Source: Terriglobia bacterium
Lineage (GTDB): Bacteria; Acidobacteriota; Terriglobia; JAJPHL01; JAPKYU01
Direction of reading: 5' to 3'
Length of the DNA: 64,000 bases
Assembly (NCBI GenBank): GCA_965223005.1
Contig: CBDCVK010000010.1
Coordinates: 1,120,001-1,184,000 of the forward strand
Under the pieces are notes generated by a model that was not told where the DNA came from, did no database searches, and was given only the letters and a program-made list of their open reading frames with translations. Shown here in pieces: positions 63,469-64,000 of this stretch (its first letter is position 1; every line of letters begins with the position of its first letter). The position numbers and the translations under genes were made by a program.

Positions 63469-64000
63469 TTACTCGCGCAGTCCCAGCACTGGCGGTTTCT
63501 GCGCCGCCAGTCGCGCTGGTAGCAGGCCGCCTACGACGCCCACCACCGCCGCAAACATCAGGCCCTGCCCCATCAATGGCGGCGTAATGCGAAATTGAAA
63601 CGCCAGTTCGGCGAAGGTGGAAAAATTCACGGTGCCGGTGGACAGGCCGTGAACGGGAAGTGCCAGCAGACAGCCCAGCACGCCCCCGGCCGTGGCCAGC
63701 AGCACCGATTCGACCAAGAGTGCCAGCATCACCAAGGCCCGCGAGAACCCCAGCACTCGAAGCGTGGCGACTTCCCGCGCCCGGTAGGCCACCGTGGCGT
63801 ACATCGCGTTCATAGCCGCAAAGCACGATCCGACGGCCATCACCAGGGCGATGAAGGTGCCCAGCACCTTGATCGGCGTCGAGGAACGTGTCTGATCGCG
63901 GTAGTAGGCCGGCTCGGGACGTGCCTGGAGGTGGAGCTGGCGGTCCTCGCTGATGCGACGGGAAAGTTCACCCACCGCAGCGGCGTTCTCGGCCCGCAGC
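63469..64000 (-). CDS. ABC transporter permease (FtsX/MacB-like), 5' end off window
   Basis: REVATLRVLGF...LVES...GGLLPARLAA. Confidence 0.88.
   Translation of the reverse strand, partial: LRAENAAAVGELSRRISEDRQLHLQARPEPAYYRDQTRSSTPIKVLGTFIALVMAVGSCFAAMNAMYATVAYRAREVATLRVLGFSRALVMLALLVESVLLATAGGVLGCLLALPVHGLSTGTVNFSTFAELAFQFRITPPLMGQGLMFAAVVGVVGGLLPARLAAQKPPVLGLRE

Overview
GC-rich bacterial chromosome segment. The gene content and style (Ser/Thr kinase, FG-GAP/ASPIC protein, PilZ domain, minimal BMC locus, ABC/MFP cluster) suggest Acidobacteriota; this is an inference. It is mostly housekeeping and metabolic genes: glnA, pdaD plus a DHS-like gene, a SAM-riboswitch thrC-like/sulfur-carrier operon, pyrF, gltX, rlmB, mtnA, uvrA, a BMC locus, nrfHA, scoAB/thiolase, cspA and fumC. 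The main accessory feature is an 8.6 kb element (46342-54933) inserted in comM by a large serine recombinase at a CC dinucleotide. Its attachment site lies inside the 3' end of the recombinase gene. The integrated enzyme therefore ends ...[12 protein letters not shown], while the reconstructed excised form ends ...[23 protein letters not shown], an ssrA-like tail, and excision restores comM in frame. The element carries a phage-type replication initiator with five 22-bp-spaced iterons. It has been hit by an IS3 copy that splits a 70-aa ORF upstream of the integrase, and by an IS1380 unit that carried in a captured gene and split a PEGA-domain gene. A probable selenoprotein (in-frame TGA in RHFG-U) missed by the ORF track is disrupted by a second copy of the same IS3.
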